This document shows positions 26,424 through 34,838 of a stretch of 64,000 nt of DNA, in pieces. The stretch spans positions 15,136 through 79,135 of the forward strand of contig JANWXY010000057.1 in NCBI GenBank assembly GCA_025057135.1, written 5' to 3'. The DNA is from Bacteroidia bacterium (GTDB taxonomy: Bacteria; Bacteroidota; Bacteroidia; SpSt-205). A program made the translations under genes and the position numbers. Each line of letters opens with the position of its first letter. Positions within the stretch are counted from its first letter, which is position 1. Below the pieces are notes generated by a model that was not told the origin of the DNA, made no database searches, and saw only the letters and a list, made by a program, of their open reading frames with translations.

Positions 26424-27647
26424 GTGGATAGACGAACCTTCTTGGAGAGCATTTTGGCCTTCAACTTCTTGCCAGCTTTGACCCCTGCTCTGGAAAATCG
26501 TCCCGACTCAGCAGAGGAGGAAGAAGATTTCTGGCGGAGTATTCGGGGGGAGTTTATGCTGCATCCTTCTATCATCAACCTCAATAATGGGGGCGTCTCC
26601 CCCCATCCCCGCAGTGTCGTGGAAGCGCTTTTTCGCATGGAGCTGACAGCAAATGAAGCCCCTGCTTATGTGATGTGGCGGATCCAGGATCAAAAGGAAC
26701 CTATTCGCCAGCGATTAGCGGCTATCGGCGGTGCAGACCCCGAAGAAATCGCCATAGTTCGCAACTCTACCGAAGCTCTGGAAACCGTAATCTTCGGTCT
26801 CAATCTCAAAGCCGGAGACGAAGTCATAGCGGCTGAGAGTGATTATCCCAGCATGATAGCGGCATGGAAGCAGCGGGAAGCCCGAGACGGTATAAAAGTA
26901 CGCTGGTTACGCCTGCCTCTCCCCTCAGAGGATGAAGATAAGCTGGTCGCTCCGTACTTAGAGGCTATCACTCCCCGCACTCGTGTAATTCACCTCACTC
27001 ATCTCATCAATTGGACTGGACAGATAGTTCCCGTGGAAAAAGTCACCGCTGAGGCTCGGAAAAGGGGGATTTTTACCATAGTGGATGCGGCACATAGCTA
27101 TGCTCACATACCACTGGATTTTCATGCTATGGGATGCGATGCGGCTGGCGTCAGCCTCCACAAGTGGCTATGCGCTCCTTTCGGAACTGGGCTTCTGTAT
27201 GTGAAAAAAGAGCGCATTCGGGACATCTGGCCGCTATTTGCCCCGGCAGCGGATAGAAGAGCGGATGATATCCGAAAGTTTGAACATCTCGGCACGCGAT
27301 CCATTCCGACTGAACAAGCCATAGCCGCAGCCATAGACTTTCATGAACGCATCGGTTCCCAACGCAAGTTTGAACGGCTCAAAAAATTGCGCCAGTACTG
27401 GCTGTCCAAAGCCATCCAACTCCCAAAAATCAAATCCCTGACTCCCGACAAGCTCGCGGGTGCCCTCGCCACAATACAGGTAGACGGCTGGTCTCCCCAA
27501 AAGTTAGCCGACCACCTTTTAGAGAAGCACCGCATTTTCGTAGTAGGTATAGACTGGGCTGGCATGCAAGGCATTCGCGTTACTCCGCACGTCTATACGA
27601 CATTTGAAGAGCTGGACAAACTGGTAGATGCTCTGAGAGCCGTATAG
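26424..27647 (+). CDS. aminotransferase class-V-fold PLP-dependent enzyme with twin-arginine (Tat) signal peptide
   Basis: 407 aa. N-terminus 'MDRRTFLESILAFNFLPALTPALE' matches the Tat consensus S/T-R-R-x-F-L. The class-V fold has the PLP-lysine region 'GVSLHKWLCAPFGTGLLY' (S-x-H-K). Confidence 0.7.
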   Translation: MDRRTFLESILAFNFLPALTPALENRPDSAEEEEDFWRSIRGEFMLHPSIINLNNGGVSPHPRSVVEALFRMELTANEAPAYVMWRIQDQKEPIRQRLAAIGGADPEEIAIVRNSTEALETVIFGLNLKAGDEVIAAESDYPSMIAAWKQREARDGIKVRWLRLPLPSEDEDKLVAPYLEAITPRTRVIHLTHLINWTGQIVPVEKVTAEARKRGIFTIVDAAHSYAHIPLDFHAMGCDAAGVSLHKWLCAPFGTGLLYVKKERIRDIWPLFAPAADRRADDIRKFEHLGTRSIPTEQAIAAAIDFHERIGSQRKFERLKKLRQYWLSKAIQLPKIKSLTPDKLAGALATIQVDGWSPQKLADHLLEKHRIFVVGIDWAGMQGIRVTPHVYTTFEELDKLVDALRAV

Positions 27648-27649
27648 AT

Positions 27650-28363
27650 TTGCGGTCTATGTGGAAAAATCAGTATCGTCTCATCTGGATAGCAGATGAG
27701 GGGACGAGAAGAATAGAGGTACGCCTTCCTCTGTGGAGCTGGGTTGCGGCTCTGATTACCTTTTTATTGATACTATGGGCGATATTCGCTTATACTCCTC
27801 TGCGCTACACTGTACCAGGGTATCCTACCCGAAGCTTCCGACAGAAGTACAACCAGCTCGTCCAGCGGCTACAAGCGATAGAACAGAAGCTCGCCCAGCA
27901 GACAGCAACCATAGAAGAGCTGCGCACGCTGAACGCCGTCATGCGGGCTAACCCTCAACCTCCAACCTTACCCCTCATCCCTACCTTACAATCCGGGCAG
28001 TATATGCTCCCTGCAGAGGGTCAAATATCCCGACGCTTTCAACCCTCCAGGGACCACTGGGGACTGGATATCACCTGCAACGCAGGAGATCCAGTTTTGG
28101 CTATCGCCGAGGGCGTGGTGATTTTTTCGGAGTACTCTTATGAATCGGGATATGTGATTGGTATTCAACACCCAAATGGACTTGTTTCGCTATACAAGCA
28201 CAACTCCCGCCTCATGCGAAGGGTGGGTGAAAAAGTACGTGGCGGGGATGTAATAGCTCTGGCTGGGGGGCTTGGAGCTTATTCTACTGCACCACACTTA
28301 CACATAGAGACATGGTTAGGAAGCTTTCCAGTAGACCCCCTTAAGCTACTTGCGTATGAGTGA
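27650..28363 (+). CDS. M23 family metallopeptidase (LytM-like)
   Basis: 237 aa with an N-terminal TM anchor. M23 motifs are 'HWGLDITCNAGDPVLAIAEGVV' (HxxxD) and 'HLHIE' (HxH). Confidence 0.8.
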   Translation: MRSMWKNQYRLIWIADEGTRRIEVRLPLWSWVAALITFLLILWAIFAYTPLRYTVPGYPTRSFRQKYNQLVQRLQAIEQKLAQQTATIEELRTLNAVMRANPQPPTLPLIPTLQSGQYMLPAEGQISRRFQPSRDHWGLDITCNAGDPVLAIAEGVVIFSEYSYESGYVIGIQHPNGLVSLYKHNSRLMRRVGEKVRGGDVIALAGGLGAYSTAPHLHIETWLGSFPVDPLKLLAYE

Positions 28364-28370
28364 AGCCCTG

Positions 28371-28378
28371 TATATTTG
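28371..28378 (+). promoter_or_regulatory. Bacteroidota-type sigma-A -7 element (TAtaTTTG) with -33 TTG 19 nt upstream; putative tRNA-Cys promoter
   Basis: TATATTTG matches the TAnnTTTG consensus 8 nt upstream of the tRNA 5' end. 'cTTGc' at 28348-28351 is at appropriate spacing for the -33 element. Confidence 0.45.
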
Positions 28379-28385
28379 CCTTAGC

Positions 28386-28456
28386 GGCGACGTGGCCGAG
28401 CGGTTAGGCACGGGTCTGCAAAACCCTCTACGGGAGTTCGAATCTCCCCGTCGCCT
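28386..28456 (+). tRNA. tRNA-Cys (anticodon GCA)
   Basis: 7-bp acceptor stem ggcgacg/cgtcgcc. Anticodon loop 'cuGCAaa'. T-arm gggag-TTCGAAT-ctccc. CCA is not encoded. Confidence 0.8.
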
Positions 28457-29197
28457 CTAACTCTGCGGTAGATACCTGGCTGTCAGGCTTGCCCAAGTTT
28501 GAGCCTCCTCGGGCCTTTGAAGTAAAGCCCTACCCACCACCAAGAGAGCGGGATATAGAAGATTGGTAGAAGGGAGCTGAGCTCCTTGTGCGCCTAAACC
28601 CGGCATAAGAAGCCAATCCGTAGGGCGATTTTGTCTCAGCTCCAAAAGTTCGGCATCCGTATGATGAGCAGCCCATACCCACCCAATATTCGCAGGTAGC
28701 GTTTTGGGCTCCTCTAATAAAATCTGTCGCCAAATAACCCTCTGCCAAGCCGGCGCCTCTGTCGTCCGCAATAGAATGAAAGCCCACTTTCCCTGATAAG
28801 ACCAAAAAGGCTCTAAGGCATGCCAGCCCATATAAGGGTGGAGGGTTACAGCATCAAACCCCAAGTCTTCATACAGAGCCTGGGCGTAGTAGCGATTCGT
28901 GTGGGCGATGTCACCGCGTTTCGCATCGGCTATACTTAGGGTGTCGGTGGGCAGTAAGGACCTGAGCCGTTTCATCAGTGTCCATCCGGCTGCTCCCCAT
29001 CGTTCGTAAAAGGCCGTATTGAGCTTGTAAGCTATCGCATAGGGAGCCGTGTATTCAATGATTGAATGCAGCCGAGCCTCTGCGCGCTCTGGGGATGAGC
29101 CATCCTCATACCCAAGAGCCGCTTCTGAAGGGTCTAAAGCCACACACAGCAGGCTATTCTTGCCCCGAGCAGCCTGTTCTAACTCCTGAGGAGTCAC
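28457..29197 (-). CDS. pyrF: orotidine-5'-phosphate decarboxylase, type 2
   Basis: 246 aa. 'LLCVALDP' and 'IADAKRGDIAHTN' match the conserved type-2 OMPdecase motifs (D-x-K-R-x-D-I-x-x-T). Overall it is collinear with actinobacterial-type PyrF. Confidence 0.75.
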   Translation of the reverse strand: MTPQELEQAARGKNSLLCVALDPSEAALGYEDGSSPERAEARLHSIIEYTAPYAIAYKLNTAFYERWGAAGWTLMKRLRSLLPTDTLSIADAKRGDIAHTNRYYAQALYEDLGFDAVTLHPYMGWHALEPFWSYQGKWAFILLRTTEAPAWQRVIWRQILLEEPKTLPANIGWVWAAHHTDAELLELRQNRPTDWLLMPGLGAQGAQLPSTNLLYPALLVVGRALLQRPEEAQTWASLTARYLPQS

Positions 29198-29823
29198 CTT
29201 AGGTCTATGACTTTGACCCCCGGATGCTTTGTACTATCAAACACAAACATGGAGTCTGGTATCGGCTGAGTATCGTAGCTCTTGAGTTCGTACTCTACGA
29301 TGGTGCCATCTCTATTAGATATGCGCATTCGCTGGGGAAGCTGAGACTGTGCGTCTATCCACACCTCCACACGGAAATAATCCGTACCATCACTAATCGG
29401 GAAAAGAGATATTTTGTGAGTCGTCCGGCCCTTATATGTCTCCGTTTTATCCAGCCGAACCTTCATGTCTTCCTCATAAATCCGAAAAATCCGCTCTATG
29501 CTGAAGCCTTCTTTGGGGTCGTACTTTGAGACATTTACTTCATTTTCTTTCTTGAGGAACTGCCAGACGGTCTTTCCATCTGACAGAACTACGATGTCTC
29601 CAATGTCCACGGAAAACTTATTCTGTTTGGGGCGATAACGGAAGGTACCGCTGCGAGCGATGCGCTTCTGGGTCGTATCCGCCCTATTTTCAACCATGTA
29701 AGAAAACACCACAGTCATATGATCCATGGCTTTCAGCTTTTTTCTAGAACTGCGTATGAGATTATCTGCTTTTGGGTCCACCTGTGCCCACACAAGGCTT
29801 AGGCAGAGTATGCTGCGATACAT
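29194..29823 (-). CDS. lolA: LolA-like outer-membrane lipoprotein carrier protein
   Basis: 209 aa with signal peptide 'MYRSILCLSLVWAQ'. Size and beta-rich composition are typical of LolA. It is translationally coupled to pyrF by a 4-nt overlap. Confidence 0.55.
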   Translation of the reverse strand: MYRSILCLSLVWAQVDPKADNLIRSSRKKLKAMDHMTVVFSYMVENRADTTQKRIARSGTFRYRPKQNKFSVDIGDIVVLSDGKTVWQFLKKENEVNVSKYDPKEGFSIERIFRIYEEDMKVRLDKTETYKGRTTHKISLFPISDGTDYFRVEVWIDAQSQLPQRMRISNRDGTIVEYELKSYDTQPIPDSMFVFDSTKHPGVKVIDLR

Positions 29824-29868
29824 AGGTCAAAGGTAGCGAGTATTTGATTTGGATATGTGCAGAAATCG

Positions 29869-29876
29869 TAGCTTTG
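29869..29876 (+). promoter_or_regulatory. Bacteroidota-type -7 element (TAgcTTTG) with upstream TTTG; putative tRNA-Thr promoter
   Basis: TAGCTTTG lies 10 nt upstream of the tRNA-Thr 5' end. TTTG at 29843-29846 and 29848-29851 is at about 17-18 nt spacing. Confidence 0.45.
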
Positions 29877-29886
29877 CAGTGGCTAA

Positions 29887-29958
29887 GCCATCGTAGCTCA
29901 GTGGCAGAGCACTTCCTTGGTAAGGAAGAGGTCGCCGGTTCAATCCCGGCCGATGGCT
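29887..29958 (+). tRNA. tRNA-Thr (anticodon GGT)
   Basis: Acceptor gccatcg/cgatggc. D-arm 'agctcagtggcagagc'. Anticodon stem cttcc/ggaag with loop 'uuGGUaa'. T-arm 'ccggttcaatcccgg'. Confidence 0.88.
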
Positions 29959-29960
29959 CT

Positions 29961-30560
29961 ATGCGGGTGTTGCCTGTAGTTTTCTGGTTTGCGTTAGGCA
30001 TACTGAATGCACAAGCAAGAGTCGGTATAGTATTAGCCCCCCAGGCAACTACCGCAAAAGGTCAAATGGATAAAGACTACTTTGTGTTAGGCTTTGCAGG
30101 CGGGCTATCTGGCGAGGTTTTATTTACCGAACGCGCAGCAGTAGGCATAGACTTACTCGGTTCTTTCGCTGGCTGGCGAGAGGAAGAAAGAAGTGGCAAC
30201 AGTTTCATCAAATCAGAGCATCGCCTCACGACCTTACAGGTACCTGTCTATGTGCGCGCCCAGTGGTTAGAGTTAGGAGAAGAAGGGGCTGGGTTGAGCG
30301 CAGTACTGGGCGTTCAGTCTGACGTGTTATTGGGTGCTCGGAGCCGATTGGAAGGGGCAAGGTTTAGCAAAAATGTGTCTGAATATAGTCGGTTCGCAGG
30401 CTCTCTCCTCGGTGGAATAGGCTTCTCATATGAGGGCGACTATGCCTTTTCGGTAGATGTACGAAGTGCTTATAGCTTTATCAATCTCAAGCGAAACAAA
30501 GGCGGCCGAATAAATCCTGCATGGTTCATGCTGCGCGTAGCTTTCTACTTCGGGCAGTGA
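29961..30560 (+). CDS. outer-membrane beta-barrel protein (porin/OmpW/PorT-like family)
   Basis: About 200 aa from Met 29961 with signal peptide 'MRVLPVVFWFALGILNAQA'. It has alternating hydrophobic beta-strand patterning and ends in aromatic-rich 'RVAFYFGQ'. The ORF-track start at 29844 runs across the tRNA and is rejected. Confidence 0.55.
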   Translation: MRVLPVVFWFALGILNAQARVGIVLAPQATTAKGQMDKDYFVLGFAGGLSGEVLFTERAAVGIDLLGSFAGWREEERSGNSFIKSEHRLTTLQVPVYVRAQWLELGEEGAGLSAVLGVQSDVLLGARSRLEGARFSKNVSEYSRFAGSLLGGIGFSYEGDYAFSVDVRSAYSFINLKRNKGGRINPAWFMLRVAFYFGQ

Positions 30561-30589
30561 CGGAGCATTTGGATGTTTGATCTTTTTTG

Positions 30590-30597
30590 TACCTTTG
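30590..30597 (+). promoter_or_regulatory. Bacteroidota-type -7 element (TAccTTTG) with -33 TTTG 18 nt upstream; putative promoter of the tuf-secE-nusG-rpl-rpo cluster
   Basis: TACCTTTG at 30590-30597 and TTTG at 30568-30571. It lies about 75 nt upstream of the tuf ATG. Confidence 0.45.
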
Positions 30598-30608
30598 CAC
30601 CGCTTTCA

Positions 30609-30667
30609 GCTGTCACAGCTCGGGGAGCTACCTTTATAGGATAGGCCGGTTCGACTCCGGAGACAGC
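30609..30667 (+). other. degenerate tRNA-like element (T-arm + acceptor stem intact, D/anticodon arms collapsed) in tuf leader; probable tRNA remnant
   Basis: 6-bp acceptor-like pairing gctgtc/gacagc. Perfect T-arm ccgg-TTCGACT-ccgg. No complete anticodon arm, about 59 nt in total. Confidence 0.3.
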
Positions 30668-30672
30668 ACTAT

Positions 30673-31860
30673 ATGGCAAAAGAGGTTTTCGTCCGCGATA
30701 AAGAACATGTCAACGTTGGCACCATAGGCCACGTAGACCACGGCAAGACCACGCTTACGGCGGCTATTACGCGAGTACTTTCTAGAAAAGGGCTCGCTCA
30801 AGAGCGCAGTTACGACTCTATAGACAACGCGCCAGAGGAGCGAGAACGTGGGATTACCATCAATACTGCACATGTAGAATACAATAGTGAAAAACGGCAT
30901 TACGCCCATATTGACTGCCCTGGCCATGCAGATTATGTGAAAAACATGGTTACGGGAGCTGCTCAGATGGACGCAGCCATCCTCGTGGTAGCTGCTACTG
31001 ATGGTCCCAAAGCTCAAACTCGGGAGCACATTCTCTTGGCTCGGCAAGTCGGCGTTCCATACATTGTTGTCTTTCTCAACAAAGTAGACATGGTAGATGA
31101 CGAAGAGCTCTTGGAGCTTGCCGAAATGGAAATCCGCGATCTCCTAAACTTTTACGGTTATCCCGGAGATACGACGCCTATCATCCGAGGTTCTGCCCTT
31201 GGTGCTCTCAATGGAGACCCTAAATGGGAGCAGAAAGTTTTAGAGCTCATAGAAACATTAGACTCATACATACCTACCCCCCAGCGCATTGTTGATAAGC
31301 CATTTTTGATGCCTGTGGAGGATGTCGTCTCTATTACAGGACGGGGTACGGTAGTTACCGGCCGAATAGAGCGTGGTCGCATCAAACTGAATGAGCCAGT
31401 AGATATCGTGGGGCTCAGAGAAGAGAAAATGACCTCAGTCGTCACAGGGATAGAAATGTTCCGTAAGCTCCTGGATGAGGGACAAGCAGGTGATAATGTG
31501 GGCTTACTCCTACGAGGTATTGATAAGGATCAGGTTCGCAGGGGGATGGTAGTATGTGCTCCAAATAGCATCACCCCTCACAAACATTTCAAAGCCGAAG
31601 TCTATATCCTCACAAAAGAGGAGGGGGGACGACACACGCCATTTACGAATAACTATCGGCCTCAATTCTTCTTCCGTACAGCCGATATAACTGGCACTAT
31701 AAAGCTGCCTGCCGACGTTCCGATGGTTATGCCTGGCGACAATGTGAGCATAGAGGTAGAGCTAATCTACCCCATAGCTATGGAAAAAGGGCTCCGCTTC
31801 GCCATCCGAGAAGGTGGGCGTACCATCGGCGCCGGTCAAGTAACTGAAATTTTAGACTAA
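30673..31860 (+). CDS. tuf: elongation factor Tu
   Basis: 395 aa: '[33 protein letters not shown]...[20 protein letters not shown]...NKVD'. Canonical EF-Tu. Confidence 0.97.
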   Translation: MAKEVFVRDKEHVNVGTIGHVDHGKTTLTAAITRVLSRKGLAQERSYDSIDNAPEERERGITINTAHVEYNSEKRHYAHIDCPGHADYVKNMVTGAAQMDAAILVVAATDGPKAQTREHILLARQVGVPYIVVFLNKVDMVDDEELLELAEMEIRDLLNFYGYPGDTTPIIRGSALGALNGDPKWEQKVLELIETLDSYIPTPQRIVDKPFLMPVEDVVSITGRGTVVTGRIERGRIKLNEPVDIVGLREEKMTSVVTGIEMFRKLLDEGQAGDNVGLLLRGIDKDQVRRGMVVCAPNSITPHKHFKAEVYILTKEEGGRHTPFTNNYRPQFFFRTADITGTIKLPADVPMVMPGDNVSIEVELIYPIAMEKGLRFAIREGGRTIGAGQVTEILD

Positions 31861-31871
31861 AACTTTCTCCT

Positions 31872-31944
<73 letters not shown>

Positions 31945-31946
31945 CG

Positions 31947-32141
31947 ATGCGTGAAAAGCTGACTAAGCTGTGGAAGGATTACTCTCTGGAGTGGCGCACT
32001 AAAGTAGAGTGGCCAGCCCTCCCACAGCTCTTCAGCACGACGGTAGCGGTGTTGGTGGGTAGCCTACTGCTTGCTATCGTGATAGGGCTGATAGATTTGA
32101 TCTTTAGTACTGTGATGCGTGGATTATACTCTATTTTTTGA
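31947..32141 (+). CDS. secE: preprotein translocase subunit SecE
   Basis: 64 aa with a single C-terminal TM helix 'VAVLVGSLLLAIVIGLIDLIF'. Its position after tRNA-Trp and before nusG is conserved. Confidence 0.8.
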   Translation: MREKLTKLWKDYSLEWRTKVEWPALPQLFSTTVAVLVGSLLLAIVIGLIDLIFSTVMRGLYSIF

Positions 32142-32145
32142 AGCG

Positions 32146-32688
32146 ATGGCATGGTATGCGCTAAAAGTGCGGGCTACACAGGAGAAAAAAGTCTCCGACC
32201 GCATTCGGAACGAACTCGCAAGGCTGGGAATAGAATACCAAGTCAAGGACATTCTAGTCCCAGCTGAGAGGGTGTTAGAAGAACGCAAAGGCGCTAAAAA
32301 GAAAGAACGGGAACGCGTGTTTCTTCCAGGGTATTTGTTCTTAGAAGTTACCGCCGAAGAGTATCTGCCAGAACTCATTCAGACCCTCAAAGGGGTGCCT
32401 GATGTTTTATATTTCGTCTCCCCAGCTCGTGGAGCTCCGCCGATGCCCATGGCTGACCACGAGATTACTCCCATACTCTCACGGGCACGTTCTATTTCCA
32501 CCACTTCGGAATCTGACCAAACTTTTGAAGTTGGACAGTTAGTGCGTATTTCCGAAGGGCCTTTTTCTGGGTTTGAAGGTTATGTTGCCGAGGTGTATCC
32601 CGAAAAGCAGCGCATACAAGTTCGTGTGAAAATCTTCAACCGAGAAACTCCCGTAGAACTTCCATATTCCCACGCTGAAAAGATATGA
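32146..32688 (+). CDS. nusG: transcription termination/antitermination factor NusG
   Basis: About 180 aa from '[15 protein letters not shown]' (NGN domain). C-terminal KOW motif '[24 protein letters not shown]'. Confidence 0.85.
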   Translation: MAWYALKVRATQEKKVSDRIRNELARLGIEYQVKDILVPAERVLEERKGAKKKERERVFLPGYLFLEVTAEEYLPELIQTLKGVPDVLYFVSPARGAPPMPMADHEITPILSRARSISTTSESDQTFEVGQLVRISEGPFSGFEGYVAEVYPEKQRIQVRVKIFNRETPVELPYSHAEKI

Positions 32689-33113
32689 AAGAGATAGCTG
32701 CCATAGTGAAACTCCAAATCAAAGGAGGACAAGCGAATCCCGCCCCTCCCATCGGTCCTGCTCTCGGCTCTAAGGGCGTGAATATCATGGAATTTTGCAA
32801 GCAGTTCAACGCCCGGACTCAGGACAAAGCCGGAGAAGTACTCCCCGTCCTCATCACTATTTACAAAGACAAAAGTTTTGAGTTTGTCATAAAGACCCCA
32901 CCTGCCGCTGAACTTCTCAAAAAAGCTGCAAAAGTGGAGCGAGGCTCGGCAGAACCTAACCGCAAAAAGGTGGGCACAGTTACTTGGGCTCAAATCAGGG
33001 AAATCGCCGAGAAAAAGATGCCTGACCTCAACTGTTACACGATAGATGCGGCGATGAATATGATCGCAGGTACAGCTCGTAGCATGGGACTGATTATCCA
33101 AGGCGAAAGATAA
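32685..33113 (+). CDS. rplK: 50S ribosomal protein L11
   Basis: 142 aa: '[35 protein letters not shown]'. Confidence 0.95.
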   Translation: MKEIAAIVKLQIKGGQANPAPPIGPALGSKGVNIMEFCKQFNARTQDKAGEVLPVLITIYKDKSFEFVIKTPPAAELLKKAAKVERGSAEPNRKKVGTVTWAQIREIAEKKMPDLNCYTIDAAMNMIAGTARSMGLIIQGER

Positions 33114-33114
33114 C

Positions 33115-33801
33115 ATGGCACGGCACGGAAAAAAATACCTCACCGCTCTGAAATCCATAGAGTCTCGCCCTTATGCGCTTACGGAAGCGATAGAGACTCT
33201 GAAAAAGGTGCGCTATGAGCGGTTTGATGCGACTTTTGAACTATCAGTGGACCTCAATATAGACCCTCGTCAAGCCAATCAGCTAGTGCGCGGTACCGTT
33301 TCCCTACCCCATGGAACTGGTCGCTCTGTACGAGTATTGGCTCTTGTAGCGCCTGATAAGGAGAAAGACGCCCTGAACGCTGGGGCAGACTATGCGGGAT
33401 TGGATGAGTATATCCCGAAAATCGAGCAAGGCTGGTTAGATTTTGACGCTGTAGTCTGTACGCCAGATGTGATGCCCAAGGTAGCTCGCCTCGGGAAAAT
33501 CCTCGGTCCGCGCGGATTGATGCCTAATCCAAAAAGCGGCACAGTTACGCCTGACATTACTCGCGCTATCAAGGAGCTCAAGGCTGGCAAAATAGAAATT
33601 CGTAATGACAAAACTGGTGTCGTTCATTTGCCCATCGGTAAAGCCTCCTTTGATACCCAAAAGCTGCGAGAAAATGCCATAGAAGCTCTGAAAGCCATAG
33701 AAAGTCTGCGCCCCGCAGGAGTGAAAGGGACATATATCCTTTCCGCTTACATCTCTACCACGATGAGTCCCGCAATCCTATTAGATCGTAATCGCTTATG
33801 A
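33115..33801 (+). CDS. rplA: 50S ribosomal protein L1
   Basis: 228 aa with L1 signature regions '[24 protein letters not shown]' and '[19 protein letters not shown]'. Confidence 0.95.
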   Translation: MARHGKKYLTALKSIESRPYALTEAIETLKKVRYERFDATFELSVDLNIDPRQANQLVRGTVSLPHGTGRSVRVLALVAPDKEKDALNAGADYAGLDEYIPKIEQGWLDFDAVVCTPDVMPKVARLGKILGPRGLMPNPKSGTVTPDITRAIKELKAGKIEIRNDKTGVVHLPIGKASFDTQKLRENAIEALKAIESLRPAGVKGTYILSAYISTTMSPAILLDRNRL

Positions 33802-34331
33802 ATAAGGAGCAGAAAACTCAGCTTATTGAGGAGCTGACCCAAACTATAAAGAACAACCGGGCTTTCTATATACTCAATCCAGGCCCGATGAATGCCGAAG
33901 AAACCGTAACTTTCCGCCGGCGGCTATATGAGAAGGGGCTCCGCCTCCGAGTCGTCAAAAACTCCCTCCTCTTGAAAGCTTTGGAAAATGCTGGCATCCC
34001 CGAAACTCATAACTTCGAGCCTGCCTTGAAAGAAATGAGTGGTATCGTCCTTTGTACAAATGATCCAAAGGCCCCAGCCCAGGTATTAGAAAGTTTTCGC
34101 AAGGAGACGAAAAAGGACTACCCTACTCTCAAAGCCGCTTATGTAGAAGATACGCTCTTCGTAGGTGAGCAACATTTGGAAGCCCTCACGCGTCTTAAGT
34201 CCAAAAGCGATCTCCTTGCAGAGCTTGTGGGCCGCTTACAAGCCCCCATTCAACAGGTCGTCAGTGCTCTACAAGGAGCTGGACATACACTCGCTGGAAT
34301 TCTTAAAACCCTCTCTGAACGAAACAACTAA
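33798..34331 (+). CDS. rplJ: 50S ribosomal protein L10
   Basis: 177 aa. Its position between rplA and rplL is conserved, and it has an L10 N-terminal fold. Confidence 0.9.
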   Translation: MNKEQKTQLIEELTQTIKNNRAFYILNPGPMNAEETVTFRRRLYEKGLRLRVVKNSLLLKALENAGIPETHNFEPALKEMSGIVLCTNDPKAPAQVLESFRKETKKDYPTLKAAYVEDTLFVGEQHLEALTRLKSKSDLLAELVGRLQAPIQQVVSALQGAGHTLAGILKTLSERNN

Positions 34332-34348
34332 CCTCATCCCATACACAT

Positions 34349-34732
34349 ATGGCTGACTTGAAAGCACTTGCAGAAACTCTGGTGAATCTCACCGTGAAAG
34401 AAGTAAACGAGCTTGCCTCTATTCTGGAGCAGGAGTATGGTATCAAGCCCGCAGCCGCTGCCCCTGTGATGGTCGCAGCTGGACCTGCCGCCCCCGCTCA
34501 GGAAGCCCAAGCCCCAGCTAAGACTGAATTTGACGTTATACTCAAAGCCCCAGGCGAAAGAAAACTGGATGTAGTCAAAGTAGTCAAAAATATCACTGGA
34601 CTTGGGCTCAAAGAAGCCAAGGAACTCGTGGATAAAGCCCCGCAACCGATAAAGGAAAAAATCTCCAAAGAAGAAGCCGAGCAAATCCGCCAGCAACTCG
34701 CCGAACTGGGGGCTGACGTTGAAGTTAAGTAA
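34349..34732 (+). CDS. rplL: 50S ribosomal protein L7/L12
   Basis: 127 aa. Ala/Pro-rich hinge '[23 protein letters not shown]' and C-terminal '[22 protein letters not shown]'. Confidence 0.95.
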   Translation: MADLKALAETLVNLTVKEVNELASILEQEYGIKPAAAAPVMVAAGPAAPAQEAQAPAKTEFDVILKAPGERKLDVVKVVKNITGLGLKEAKELVDKAPQPIKEKISKEEAEQIRQQLAELGADVEVK

Positions 34733-34838
34733 GTGCGTCGCCCTACTGATTTGTATATACCCGCACTTGGTCTGAAACAGACTGAGAGCGGGAGACTTTT
34801 GTTTTTCCTCTTTTGTCACAGAACTTACACACTCTCCT
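34730..34838 (+). promoter_or_regulatory. rplL-rpoB intergenic leader with imperfect hairpins (possible partial terminator/attenuator)
   Basis: Inverted repeat aagtgcg (34730-34736) / cgcactt (34764-34770), plus hairpin 'gtctg-aaa-cagac' (34771-34783). No canonical T-tract follows. The analogous region is an attenuator in other bacteria. Confidence 0.25.

Noticed and set aside
29844-29960. 5' extension of the outer-membrane beta-barrel ORF across tRNA-Thr
   Set aside because: The extension reads straight through a confidently folded tRNA-Thr. A signal peptide begins at Met 29961, so the true start is 29961.
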